Positions 54,451-64,000 of a stretch of DNA of 64,000 nucleotides are shown piece after piece; the stretch's first letter is position 1; each line of letters starts with the position of its first letter. Source of the DNA: Myxococcota bacterium (lineage in GTDB: Bacteria; Myxococcota_A; Polyangia; Nannocystales; Nannocystaceae); the NCBI GenBank assembly GCA_039028615.1, contig JBCCHT010000040.1, positions 32,001 to 96,000 on the forward strand, in the 5' to 3' direction. The notes beneath the pieces are model-generated. The model did not search any database. It was not told the DNA's origin and saw only the letters and a program-made list of their open reading frames with translations. Both the position numbers and the translations under genes were made by a program.

Positions 54451-56055
54451 GTGCCCCGCCCCGACCGAGCCGTCCGCGATGCGCCCCGGCGTGGTCGTGA
54501 CGCATGGGTGGCGCTGTTGCTGCTGATCTCCCTCGGTGTGACCGCGCCCTACTTCAGTCGGCTGATGAACGCCAACGAGCGACCGCGGGTGCTCCAGGCG
54601 ATCGCGTGGGTCGATGCGGCGGAGCTCGCCGTGGACGGGCCAGCCGCGCGGGGGATCCGCCCGGGGATCGACGTGTCGCGGTCTCCGGTCGACGGTCGTC
54701 TGTATCCGAACAAGCCGCCCGGGGCGACGGTACCCGCGGTGGTGGGCTATGCCGCGCTGCGCTTGGTCGCCGCCGTGGGCGGGCCCGAGCCGAGCCTGCG
54801 GTCCACCACCATCGCGGCGCGGGTGCTGGGCGGGCTGTTGCCGACGATGGTGCTGCTGCTGTGGTTGGCTCGGCGCCTGCGTGCTCGAGGGGCCGGGCCG
54901 GCGGGGGACGCCGCGGTGCTGATCGTCGCGCTGGCGACTCCGCTCACCAGCTATGCACGCCTGCTCTTCGGTCACAGCCTCGCCGCGTGCCTGGTACTGC
55001 TCGGCGCCATGCTGGTGGTCGATGGCCTCCGCGAACCCGAGGGCGATGCTCGACGTGCGTTGCTCGGCGGGGTGCTGGCCGCCTCGGCGATCACCGTCGA
55101 GTACGCGGCCGCCTTTGCTGGCCTGCCCTTGGCGGTGCTGGTGATCGCGAAGTGGCGCGGCGGAACCCCGTGGCGCGTGGTCGCGGCGGCGGTGGTCGGC
55201 GCGTGCCTGCCCGTGTTGGCGCTCGCCGCCTACCATGCGGCGGTCTTCGGCAGCCCGTGGGCGACCGGGTATCACCACGTGGTCGATGCCGACTTCGCCC
55301 AGACCCACGCGCAGGGCCTGCTCGGTCTGGGGCTCCCCACGGGCACGTCGTTGTTCGAGCACGGGCTGTCGCCGTGGGGCGGGCTGCTGGTGTGGGCTCC
55401 GTTGGTCGCGGTGGGCTTGGGCGCGGGCCTATGGCAGTGGTCGAGCCTCGATCTCGAGGCACGCTTGGCCACCGCGATGCTGGCGATGTTCACCCTCATC
55501 GTACTCGGCCTGCAGCAGACCGGTGGCTGGCGGGTGGGCCCGCGCTATCTCGTGCTGGCGATGCCGCTCGCGGCGTATGGGCTCGTGCCCGCGCTGCGGT
55601 GGGCCCAGGAGCGGTCCGTGGTCGCGATGATCCTGCTCGGTGTGGCCATCGCGTCGACGGTGCTCAATGCCCTCGCCGCCAACCTGTTTCCGCACCTGAT
55701 CCCGCACGGCAATCCGCTCGCCGACGTCTTGCTTCCGCTCGTCGCCGAGGGCCGAGCGCCGTCGTCGTTGCTGCCCGGCGCATGGCTGACGCTGGTCACG
55801 GTGTTGCTCGTACCGGTTGCGCTCGTGACCCTCGCATTGGCGCAGTCTTTCGCAGACACGAGCGCGGACGCGACCCCCGTTCGCCCGGCGTTCGTCGTTG
55901 CCATGGGGGGGGCGATCGCGGCCGCCATCCTGGCGCTTGGTTGCACCATGCCCAGTCACCCCGAAGCCGACGGTGACCTCGCCGCCATCCACTCGATCTG
56001 GGAACCCGGCGGCGCGCGGTCACCTCGACATGTCCCGCTGACTCCACTGCCCTGA
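54451..56055 (+). CDS. Polytopic membrane protein, GT-C-like glycosyltransferase
   Basis: NANE, YPNKPPG, LFGH, VEY, FGSPWATGY and GPRYL; many TM helices. Confidence 0.65.
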   Translation: MPRPDRAVRDAPRRGRDAWVALLLLISLGVTAPYFSRLMNANERPRVLQAIAWVDAAELAVDGPAARGIRPGIDVSRSPVDGRLYPNKPPGATVPAVVGYAALRLVAAVGGPEPSLRSTTIAARVLGGLLPTMVLLLWLARRLRARGAGPAGDAAVLIVALATPLTSYARLLFGHSLAACLVLLGAMLVVDGLREPEGDARRALLGGVLAASAITVEYAAAFAGLPLAVLVIAKWRGGTPWRVVAAAVVGACLPVLALAAYHAAVFGSPWATGYHHVVDADFAQTHAQGLLGLGLPTGTSLFEHGLSPWGGLLVWAPLVAVGLGAGLWQWSSLDLEARLATAMLAMFTLIVLGLQQTGGWRVGPRYLVLAMPLAAYGLVPALRWAQERSVVAMILLGVAIASTVLNALAANLFPHLIPHGNPLADVLLPLVAEGRAPSSLLPGAWLTLVTVLLVPVALVTLALAQSFADTSADATPVRPAFVVAMGGAIAAAILALGCTMPSHPEADGDLAAIHSIWEPGGARSPRHVPLTPLP

Positions 56056-56087
56056 AAATTTCTCGGCGAGTCGTTGGAACTTTCTTC

Positions 56088-56116
56088 TTGACGATGCGTC
56101 TTGCATGACGCATAGG
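56088..56116 (+). promoter_or_regulatory. sigma70-like promoter with palindromic operator in the spacer
   Basis: TTGACG at 56088-56093; ATGCGTC-TTGCAT-GACGCAT at 56094-56113; weak -10 CATAGG at 17-bp spacing. Confidence 0.6.
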
Positions 56117-56125
56117 AAGTTCATC

Positions 56126-56254
56126 ATGACCACGAAGCGACAGATTCTCGATCGGAGCGAAGGGCTGCAGTCGCAGTGCCATCGTTTGGATTGGAATTTG
56201 CCCGTGGCCATGCTGAGCCCAGCCGCGGGCGCAACTCACCAGTTGGGTGAGTAA
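56126..56254 (+). CDS. Putative leader peptide (42-aa uORF)
   Basis: AGGAAG RBS 6 nt upstream; MTTKRQILDRSEGLQSQCHRLDWNLPVAMLSPAAGATHQLGE; atypical codon usage. Confidence 0.4.
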   Translation: MTTKRQILDRSEGLQSQCHRLDWNLPVAMLSPAAGATHQLGE

Positions 56255-56592
56255 GTTTCCAAACTTCAGAATTTGCGCGCCAGAGGGCCCTTAGCCGTTG
56301 ATTCGGCGGCCCTCTCGGTGGCCCCCGACGTTCGTCGGGCGGTGCATCGGCGCGGCGGTGGGGTCGGGATCCGAGGATAGGAGCCTGGTCCGAGCCCCCG
56401 CCGGAGCAAGCCGCATGTCGCCGGAAACGACAGCGGCCCGAGCATGACGATGGAGCTTTCGCGAAGGGCGTCCTCGACTGCATGGAGTCGAGCGGCGTCG
56501 TCGTGTTCGCCGTCTCGCGTCGGCACGCGGTGGCCCCGGCGTCGTGACCTCATGGAGAGGTTCGGCGACGCCGGGGCCGGGGCCCACTTTTC
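56234..56592 (+). ncRNA. Candidate structured RNA leader upstream of the EF-Tu paralogue
   Basis: Consecutive stems, a three-way junction (56439-56509) and a 13-bp GC stem (56532-56578) before a short U tract. Confidence 0.45.
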
Positions 56593-56620
56593 TCGAGTGT
56601 CCACAACAACGGATAGACCA

Positions 56621-57769
<1,149 letters not shown>

Positions 57770-57781
57770 AGACGACGATTT

Positions 57782-57826
57782 GGCCCGGGAGGCGGTGCCC
57801 CGAACACGGGGGCCGCTCCCGGGCCG
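57782..57826. terminator. Hairpin between convergent genes
   Basis: GGCCCGGGA...CCCCG-AACA-CGGGG...TCCCGGGCC. Confidence 0.55.
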
Positions 57827-57845
57827 ATCGGTTGGTTACGGGGCG

Positions 57846-58349
57846 CTACTTCGGCGGCCCGGCGAGCTCGGCCACGGCTTCGAGCATGGGCGGCAGCCCG
57901 GCCTCGCTGAGGCGATGATCGTCGTCGACCTCGCGCAGCTCGGCGCCGTGCTCCCGCGCGAACGCACGGCTGACGTCGATGGGGATGATGTCGTCCCGCG
58001 TGCCGTGGATGATGATCGTTCGCGTCGGTCGGCTCAGCTGCGCGACCGTCTGCGGTGGCGGCGGCAGCATGAGGGCGGGGGCGCAGAGCACCAGGCCGGG
58101 CAGCGTCATGCCGCGCTCGGACGCCATGATCGCGGCGATGAGGCCCCCGATGCCGCCGAAGCTCGAGCCCACCAATACGGGCGGCGGGTCGACTCCCTCG
58201 AGCGCTTCGAGGATGCGGGGGATGCGGGCACCCAGATCGAGGCCGCGACCGTCGGGCGCGATGACGTGGTAGCCGGCATCGATGATGGCCTGCGACTTGC
58301 GACCGATGGGGTCGCTCTCGAGTCCGTGGGCAAAGACGATGGTGGTCAT
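57846..58349 (-). CDS. Small alpha/beta-hydrolase (YqiA-like)
   Basis: FAHGLES, GSSFGG, HGTRDD and DDDHRL; ATGA overlap with the upstream gene. Confidence 0.85.
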   Translation of the reverse strand: MTTIVFAHGLESDPIGRKSQAIIDAGYHVIAPDGRGLDLGARIPRILEALEGVDPPPVLVGSSFGGIGGLIAAIMASERGMTLPGLVLCAPALMLPPPPQTVAQLSRPTRTIIIHGTRDDIIPIDVSRAFAREHGAELREVDDDHRLSEAGLPPMLEAVAELAGPPK

Positions 58350-60010
58350 TGCAAGGCGTCCGGGGGCGCGATGGCGGCCAGCGCCATCAGGGCGTGAATG
58401 TTGTCGGGGTCTTCGTCGACCATGCGACGAAGCTCGGCAAAGGCCGCGTCCCCCTGACCGCGGGCGGCGGCGCGCTGCAGGCTGCCCACGAGGTCGTGCG
58501 CGGCGAGCCAGCGGTAGCCGTGGCGCTCGGCGAGCGCGGCGTTCGGCCCCTGCGCACGCACGTAGATCAGCGCGCGACGGCTGGCGTGCACGAGGGTCCA
58601 GGCGGGGTCGAGGTCGAAGTGCAGCCGCGACTTGTCCATCGGTACGTTGTCGACGAACACCCACTCGAGCTCGCGCTCCTGCACCTCTTTTGCGAAGCTG
58701 CCGTGCTCGTGCAGCACGCGGCTGTAGTGCTCGACGAAGGAGGCGGGGTAGACCAGATCGGTGCGCCCGTCGATGTACACGCGATGCCGCGGCCACAGGT
58801 GGAAGATGATGAAGCCGCCGAGGCCGAACTCGTTGAACAGCGCCCCCTGGGGATGCAGCTCCTCCGGTAGCGCATTGATGAAGGCCAGCCCGCGCTCGGG
58901 ATAGTGCGCAGGGGTCAGCGCCGAGCCGGGCAGCTCCACCGGGCGCGCGAGGGTCGATGCCAGCAGCACGCCCGCGGACGACACCGCGATGAGCCCCCGC
59001 AACCGACCGGTCCACGCCTTCGAGGCGGCGGCGAGACCACTGGCGGCGGGCCCGGCCCCCAAAAGCGCGAGCACGGGCAGGTGCCGCATGGAGCTGCTGC
59101 CCAGGGTCAACGCCATCGCGGCGAGCATGAGGTCCCATGGCGACCAGGGGCGGAGCTTCCACTGCCCGAGCGCGGTGCCGAGGACGGTGGCGCCGATGGT
59201 GATGAAGCTGGCCGGGGTCAGGATCGCGATGAGTTCACGGGACACGGGCGCCCACTCGGTGATGAGCGGGCTGTGTTGACCGGTCAGCGCGATGGTGGTG
59301 GTGATGATGGTGATCCCGTAGGGCGTGACCAGGCAGCCGAGGCTCGACCCGAGCGCGACCAGGGCCGCGCGTCGCCAGTTGCGATCGCGACCGAGCCGGA
59401 CCTCGACGACGGTCGTCACCGCGTAGGCCCACAGCACGACCGGCACCAACAACACGCCGCGGTGCAGGTTGGCGTTGAGGATGGTCAGCGGCACCACCCA
59501 CCACAGGCCTCGCAGGCCGCGACGGTCTCGCTCCACCAGCAGCAAGGCGAGCACCAGGATGACCAGCGAGATCGAGGCCGCGCGCTCGGTGAACCGAAAC
59601 GCCACCGCATCGAGCACGGCGGCGAGGATGAGCACGGCCAGGCTGGTGGGGACCTTCCGCTCGTGGTGGATCCATCGCCACAGCAGCCACGCCAAGGCAC
59701 CGAAGAGCAGGACCTTGAAGCCGATGATCACGGGCGCACCCCCGAGCTGCCACAGCCCATGAAAGAGGATGGCCGCGCCCGCATCCTTCCAGGGCCAGGG
59801 GTTGCCGGCTTGGGTATGCGAGAACACCTCGACGCTGGTGTCCGGCTCGCCCGCGAGCAGCAGCTCGCCCAGCTTCATGTGCCACCACAGATCGAGGTCG
59901 AGCAGCGGCCGCGCTCCGTGCATGACCACCGCGCCCGCCACCAGCGCCAAAACCGCGAACGCGAGCACCCGCGGCAGCGGAGCGGTCGGGCTCTGTCCGG
60001 GTTCGGCCAC
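58346..60010 (-). CDS. Polytopic membrane protein, GT-C-like
   Basis: DLWWHMKLG, ANLH, TPYG, ITEW, GGFIIF and YIDGRTD. Confidence 0.7.
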   Translation of the reverse strand: MAEPGQSPTAPLPRVLAFAVLALVAGAVVMHGARPLLDLDLWWHMKLGELLLAGEPDTSVEVFSHTQAGNPWPWKDAGAAILFHGLWQLGGAPVIIGFKVLLFGALAWLLWRWIHHERKVPTSLAVLILAAVLDAVAFRFTERAASISLVILVLALLLVERDRRGLRGLWWVVPLTILNANLHRGVLLVPVVLWAYAVTTVVEVRLGRDRNWRRAALVALGSSLGCLVTPYGITIITTTIALTGQHSPLITEWAPVSRELIAILTPASFITIGATVLGTALGQWKLRPWSPWDLMLAAMALTLGSSSMRHLPVLALLGAGPAASGLAAASKAWTGRLRGLIAVSSAGVLLASTLARPVELPGSALTPAHYPERGLAFINALPEELHPQGALFNEFGLGGFIIFHLWPRHRVYIDGRTDLVYPASFVEHYSRVLHEHGSFAKEVQERELEWVFVDNVPMDKSRLHFDLDPAWTLVHASRRALIYVRAQGPNAALAERHGYRWLAAHDLVGSLQRAAARGQGDAAFAELRRMVDEDPDNIHALMALAAIAPPDALQ

Positions 60011-60062
60011 GCAGGGCAAGGCTACGGGGAAACTGGGCCTGATTGGGGCTTGACGCTCTTGA

Positions 60063-60104
60063 ACTACGGCTGTAGTACTACACAGGTAGTACTACAGCCG
60101 TAGT
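60063..60104. promoter_or_regulatory. Triple BlaI/MecI/CopY-type operator
   Basis: Three abutting ACTAC-N4-GTAGT units forming a 42-bp palindrome with 19-bp arms; TTGACG at 60050. Confidence 0.85.
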
Positions 60105-60122
60105 GCATCATCCCTCCTCCTC

Positions 60123-60533
60123 ATGGCGCCGTCACCCCAGCTCAGCGACCAACAGCTCGCCTTCATGCGGGTGCTGTGGGACCAAGGAGAGGCCACTGCC
60201 CAACAGATGCAGGCGGCCTTGGCCGAGCAGGGAGTGACGTTGGCCCCCACCACGGTGGCGACCGTGCTCGGCCGCCTCGAGCGGCGCGGGCTGGTGGGGC
60301 ATCGCAGTCGCGGGCGGCAGTACGTGTATCGAGCTCGCGCCGACGAGCAGGAGATCCGCCGCACCATGCTGGCGCGTCTCACCGATTTTTTCTTTGGCGG
60401 GGACCCACAGGCGTTGGTTTCCCACCTCACCGCGGGCCACGGCTTGGGCCAAAAAGACCTGGATGAAGTTCGGCGGTTGATTGCCGAACGCGAACCGAAA
60501 AACCGGGAATCGAACGACGACGGCGATAGTTGA
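60123..60533 (+). CDS. BlaI/MecI/CopY family repressor
   Basis: MRVLW, LAPTTVATVLGRL, GRQYVY and FFGG. Confidence 0.93.
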   Translation: MAPSPQLSDQQLAFMRVLWDQGEATAQQMQAALAEQGVTLAPTTVATVLGRLERRGLVGHRSRGRQYVYRARADEQEIRRTMLARLTDFFFGGDPQALVSHLTAGHGLGQKDLDEVRRLIAEREPKNRESNDDGDS

Positions 60534-60570
60534 GGTCGCCGCCTCAAACCAACCTCGGAAGCAGGACCTC

Positions 60571-62280
60571 ATGGAGTGGCTGTTGACCTATGCGGTGCAT
60601 AGCACCGCACTGATCGCATTGGTGTGGTTGCTGACCACCATCATCCCCAAGATTTCTCTCGGCACCAAAGAAGCCCTATGGAAGGTAGCGCTGCTGGGTC
60701 CGCTGATGACGGCCACCGTGCACCAGGTGGCGGGCGTGCCTTCGGTGTTCGGCTCGTTGCCCGTGCCGTCGGCGTTGCGCACCGCGGTGGCCGAGAGCAC
60801 GCCGCCGCAGCCGTCTGCGCCCGTGGTGCTCGCGTCCAATGGCGGCGCGGTGCAGATCGCCACGACCGCCGCCGACGGTGGGCCTTCGGTGGAGCGACGC
60901 GTCGTTCGCCATCGGGCGGGTGACCTCGAGATCACCACCATTCGCCAGCGACAGGCGCCCACCATGGCGGCGGCTCCGGCCGTGGCCGCGCCCACCGAGC
61001 CCTCGCCGTGGCCGATGGTGCTGCTCGGGCTGTGGGGCGTCGGGGCGGTGCTGGGCCTGGCTCGACTCGGTTGGTCGGCGCGACGGCTCTCCAAGCAGCT
61101 CGCCGGTCGACGCGACGTCATCGAAGACCCCGTGCTCGAGGGCTACCTCGATCTGTGCTCCAAGGCGGGGCTCAAGAAGCGCCCGCGGCTGACCGCGTCC
61201 GCTCACCTGCGCTCGCCCATCGCCCTGGGGCGCCGCGAGATCTGCGTGCCCGAGCGCGCGGTCGACAGCCTCAGCGCACCGCAGCAGCAGGGCATGCTGG
61301 CCCACGAGCTCGCGCACCTCGTTCGCCACGATCCGGTCTGGAACGTGGCGACCGCGGTGTTCGAGGCGGTGTTCTTCTTCCAGCCCCTCAACTACCTGGC
61401 GCGGCGCAAGATCCAAGAGGTCGCCGAGTTCCAGTGTGACGACTGGGCCGCGCGTCAGACCGGCACCGGGGTGCACCTGGCCAAGTGCCTGGCCGAGGTC
61501 GCGGGTTGGGTCGAAGATGGCCCGCCCATGACCGCCGCCGCCACCTCCATGGCGGGCAGCGGCTCGCCCATCGTTCGCCGCATCACTCGCTTGCTGCACG
61601 AGCGACGCCGCGGCGGCCGAGTCCACCCGGTGGGTCGCGTGGCGCTCACCATCGGCACCCTGGGAGCGGTCATCGCGTTGGTGCCGGGGGTGTCGCAGGC
61701 CGAGCACGACGGCGCCGCTCCGCCGCCGCGCCGCATCACCGTCGCGAGCCTCGATGGCTCACCGCGCGGCGTGGTCTTCGAGGATCGCTCCGATGCCGCC
61801 CACGACCGCTCCGTCATCCGGGTGATGGCCGGCGACGAGATGGTGGAGATCAACGTGCAGGCGCCCAACGAGGTCCCGCTTCCGCCGCCTGCGCCCGAGC
61901 CTCCGCGCGGCGATCGCATGGAGATTCGGATCCACGGTCATGTCGGCCCGTGGGGCCCCTGGGGCTTCGACGACTCTTGGCTCGGCATGCTCGGTCTCGG
62001 CTCGGGGGGCTTCGAGATCCACCTGCGCGACGACGACGATTCGATCTCGTTCTTCGGTCACGGGGGTCACGAGCACCATCGCGCCCGGGCGCAGGCGCGG
62101 GCCAAGGAACGCGCACGTGCGCGGCTGGAGCGACATCGCGAGCGACTGGAGCGGCACGCCGAGCGACTGGAGCGGCGGGCGGAGCGAATCGAGCGAGACC
62201 TCGAAGAGGCCGTGCGTGAGGCGGTGACCGGAGCATCGTGGTCCGGCGAGCCCACCCGCATCGAGGTGGTCGAGCTGTAG
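60571..62280 (+). CDS. Peptidase M56 (BlaR1-like) membrane protein without penicillin-binding domain
   Basis: LAHELAHL..HD, FFFQPL, EFQCDDWA and IVRRI; C-terminal heptad repeats. Confidence 0.9.
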   Translation: MEWLLTYAVHSTALIALVWLLTTIIPKISLGTKEALWKVALLGPLMTATVHQVAGVPSVFGSLPVPSALRTAVAESTPPQPSAPVVLASNGGAVQIATTAADGGPSVERRVVRHRAGDLEITTIRQRQAPTMAAAPAVAAPTEPSPWPMVLLGLWGVGAVLGLARLGWSARRLSKQLAGRRDVIEDPVLEGYLDLCSKAGLKKRPRLTASAHLRSPIALGRREICVPERAVDSLSAPQQQGMLAHELAHLVRHDPVWNVATAVFEAVFFFQPLNYLARRKIQEVAEFQCDDWAARQTGTGVHLAKCLAEVAGWVEDGPPMTAAATSMAGSGSPIVRRITRLLHERRRGGRVHPVGRVALTIGTLGAVIALVPGVSQAEHDGAAPPPRRITVASLDGSPRGVVFEDRSDAAHDRSVIRVMAGDEMVEINVQAPNEVPLPPPAPEPPRGDRMEIRIHGHVGPWGPWGFDDSWLGMLGLGSGGFEIHLRDDDDSISFFGHGGHEHHRARAQARAKERARARLERHRERLERHAERLERRAERIERDLEEAVREAVTGASWSGEPTRIEVVEL

Positions 62281-62323
62281 GCGCCCACTGGGTCGCGATT
62301 GCTGCGACTTGGGCCACCGAACG

Positions 62324-62355
62324 ACGAAGGGCTGCACTGCAGCCCTTCGTTTTGT
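62324..62355 (+). terminator. Rho-independent terminator
   Basis: ACGAAGGGCTGC-ACT-GCAGCCCTTCGT followed by TTTGT. Confidence 0.8.
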
Positions 62356-62401
62356 GATGTTCGCCGCCGAAAACAGGTTTCTGGGCCGGTATACTCGGGC
62401 C

Positions 62402-63877
62402 GTGACGATTGGACGATGGCGGTGGCAAGGGGCGGTGGCGCTCGCCGTGGGCTTGGCCGCGTGCGTCGACGGCAGCCCTCCGATCGAAGGCGATGGCGAC
62501 GGCACGTCGGGCGGGAGCTCCACGACGGGGCCGGTGGTCGGCGATGTGACCGGCCCGCCGATGGAAGGCAGCACGGGCGGCCTGACCACCGATTCGCCGC
62601 AACCGGGGACCACCACCGTCGTCGACGACTCCAGCGGGCCGGGCTCCACGGGAAGCACGGGCGAGCCGGGCTGCGAGGACTGCCCCGAGGCGCAGCTCGA
62701 TGTCGTCTTCGTGGTCGACAACTCGGTGAGCATGGGCGCGCCGCAGCATCGCTTGGCGACCGCCGCGGAAGCACTGATGGAGCAGTTCGCCCTGCTCGAG
62801 GCCGATCGAGGCATCGAGCTCGACCTGCACCTGATGGTCACCACCACCGATTTCGGCAACCCGCTGTGCACGCCGTTCCAACCCGCGGGCTATAGCCCCT
62901 CGATGGGCGCGCCGATCGATACGCCCTGCGTCGATCGACTCGACGATTTCGAGTCGTTGAACGGGTTGTTGGTGACGCCGGAGATCTGCACCGACGTGTG
63001 CGGCGATTCCATCGCCCCCAGCGATCCCTTCGTGGCCGTGCGCGGAGGCGAGGACAACGTGCCGGACGGGACCGCGCTGGACGCCCTGCAGTGCCTGCTG
63101 CCGCAGGGGCTCATCGGCTGTGGCTTCGAATCGCCGCTGGAGACCATGCTGCAGGCGCTCAACCCGGGGGCGGGGTGGAACCAGCCCGGCAATCCGTTCC
63201 TGCGCGACGACGCGGCGTTGGCCCTGGTGCTGCTCACCGACGAGATGGACTGCAGCGCCCAGGACTACTCGATCTTCGACAACCCCGAGCTCATGAATGC
63301 CAACCCCAACACGGGGTCGCCCCAGGCCTCGTCCGCGATCTGTTGGAACGCGGGGGTCAGCTGCGACGGCCCGGACGGCATGGGGATCTACAGCGACTGC
63401 ATGCCGACCGTGGGCTCGGGCCTGCACGCCACGGCGCGCTATCGGCAGTACCTGATCGACGAGCTGGTCGGTAACCAGGGCAAAGAGGTCATGATGCTGG
63501 CGCTGACCGGGGTGCCGCAGGTGGTCGAGCACTCGACCGAGCCACCCTTCGAACCGGTGGCCGGTGGCATCGACGACCTGGTCGTGCGGGACTGGATCGA
63601 CTTCCCGTACCCGGCCGGCGACATCATCCCCAGCGAGTGGGCTCTAGGGATCGACGCCGCGGAGAAGACCTTCCAGCTCGGTATCGGCCCCGCCTGCACC
63701 ACCGCCGACTCGGAGGGCACCTTCACGCAGGCCGTGCCCGCGCCGCGGATCCAAGAGGTATGCCAGGCGCTCGACGAGCAGGAGGGCGCGGCCCATTGTT
63801 GCATCGAGTCCGTTTGCGACGATGACTACTCGCCCGCGATGAACTGCTTGCGGGGCATGCTGGAAACGTCGCTCTGA
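62402..63877 (+). CDS. Myxobacterial vWA-like Cys-rich lipoprotein
   Basis: Lipobox LAAC; DVVFVVDNSVSM, GCGFESPLE and FLRDDA...LTDEMDCS. Confidence 0.8.
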   Translation: MTIGRWRWQGAVALAVGLAACVDGSPPIEGDGDGTSGGSSTTGPVVGDVTGPPMEGSTGGLTTDSPQPGTTTVVDDSSGPGSTGSTGEPGCEDCPEAQLDVVFVVDNSVSMGAPQHRLATAAEALMEQFALLEADRGIELDLHLMVTTTDFGNPLCTPFQPAGYSPSMGAPIDTPCVDRLDDFESLNGLLVTPEICTDVCGDSIAPSDPFVAVRGGEDNVPDGTALDALQCLLPQGLIGCGFESPLETMLQALNPGAGWNQPGNPFLRDDAALALVLLTDEMDCSAQDYSIFDNPELMNANPNTGSPQASSAICWNAGVSCDGPDGMGIYSDCMPTVGSGLHATARYRQYLIDELVGNQGKEVMMLALTGVPQVVEHSTEPPFEPVAGGIDDLVVRDWIDFPYPAGDIIPSEWALGIDAAEKTFQLGIGPACTTADSEGTFTQAVPAPRIQEVCQALDEQEGAAHCCIESVCDDDYSPAMNCLRGMLETSL

Positions 63878-63932
63878 GCCGGAAGAGGATGCCCGAGGGC
63901 TGAGGCCGTGGCTGCGGGGGTACGATGGCCCC

Positions 63933-64000
63933 GTGGACCTTCGCGCCGCTCCGGGCACGGCTTTGCTGATCGATGCGGCGGGGACTCTGCTGAGCCCGTC
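63933..64000 (+). CDS. HAD-family hydrolase, 5' fragment running off the window
   Basis: MDLRAAPGTALLIDAAGTLL (HAD motif I); TACGAT-N6-GTG. Confidence 0.6.
   Translation, partial: MDLRAAPGTALLIDAAGTLLSP

Noticed and set aside
56255..56620. tmRNA, RNase P, SRP, T-box or group II intron domain V identity for the tuf leader
   Set aside because: No tRNA-like ends, GAGGAAAGUCC, SRP loop or T-box motif; the AGCCGC...GAAA stem lacks domain V geometry
56444..56620. 59-aa N-terminal extension of EF-Tu given by the ORF track
   Set aside because: EF-Tu homology starts at ATG 56621; the extension is Arg/Ser-rich and lies within predicted RNA stems

Overview
A high-GC (~70%) myxobacterial chromosomal segment, most consistent with Nannocystaceae (Enhygromyxa/Plesiocystis-like). 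This is inferred from MYXO-CTERM tails, CDDGN cysteine-rich repeats, an ECF sigma/Ser-Thr kinase pair and many lipoproteins. About 55 genes encode mostly surface or secreted proteins, regulators and accessory enzymes. I found no rRNA, tRNA, CRISPR array, transposase or prophage. The most unusual locus is a stand-alone, divergent EF-Tu paralogue (56621-57769) with altered aminoacyl-tRNA and antibiotic pocket residues. It follows a ~560-nt leader containing a palindromic operator in a sigma70-like promoter, a 42-codon uORF and a run of stable RNA hairpins, which suggests an inducible translation-stress or elfamycin-resistance system. Other notable items are a 167-bp MITE with 25-bp perfect inverted ends, a kinase plus clan-CD protease-like gene converging on an endolysin-like amidase, a heme-c/copper monooxygenase lipoprotein, a triple BlaI operator, an orphan adenine methyltransferase, and a recurring TAnnnT-N6-start signature suggesting leaderless mRNAs. 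All calls come from manual motif reading; no database searches were run.
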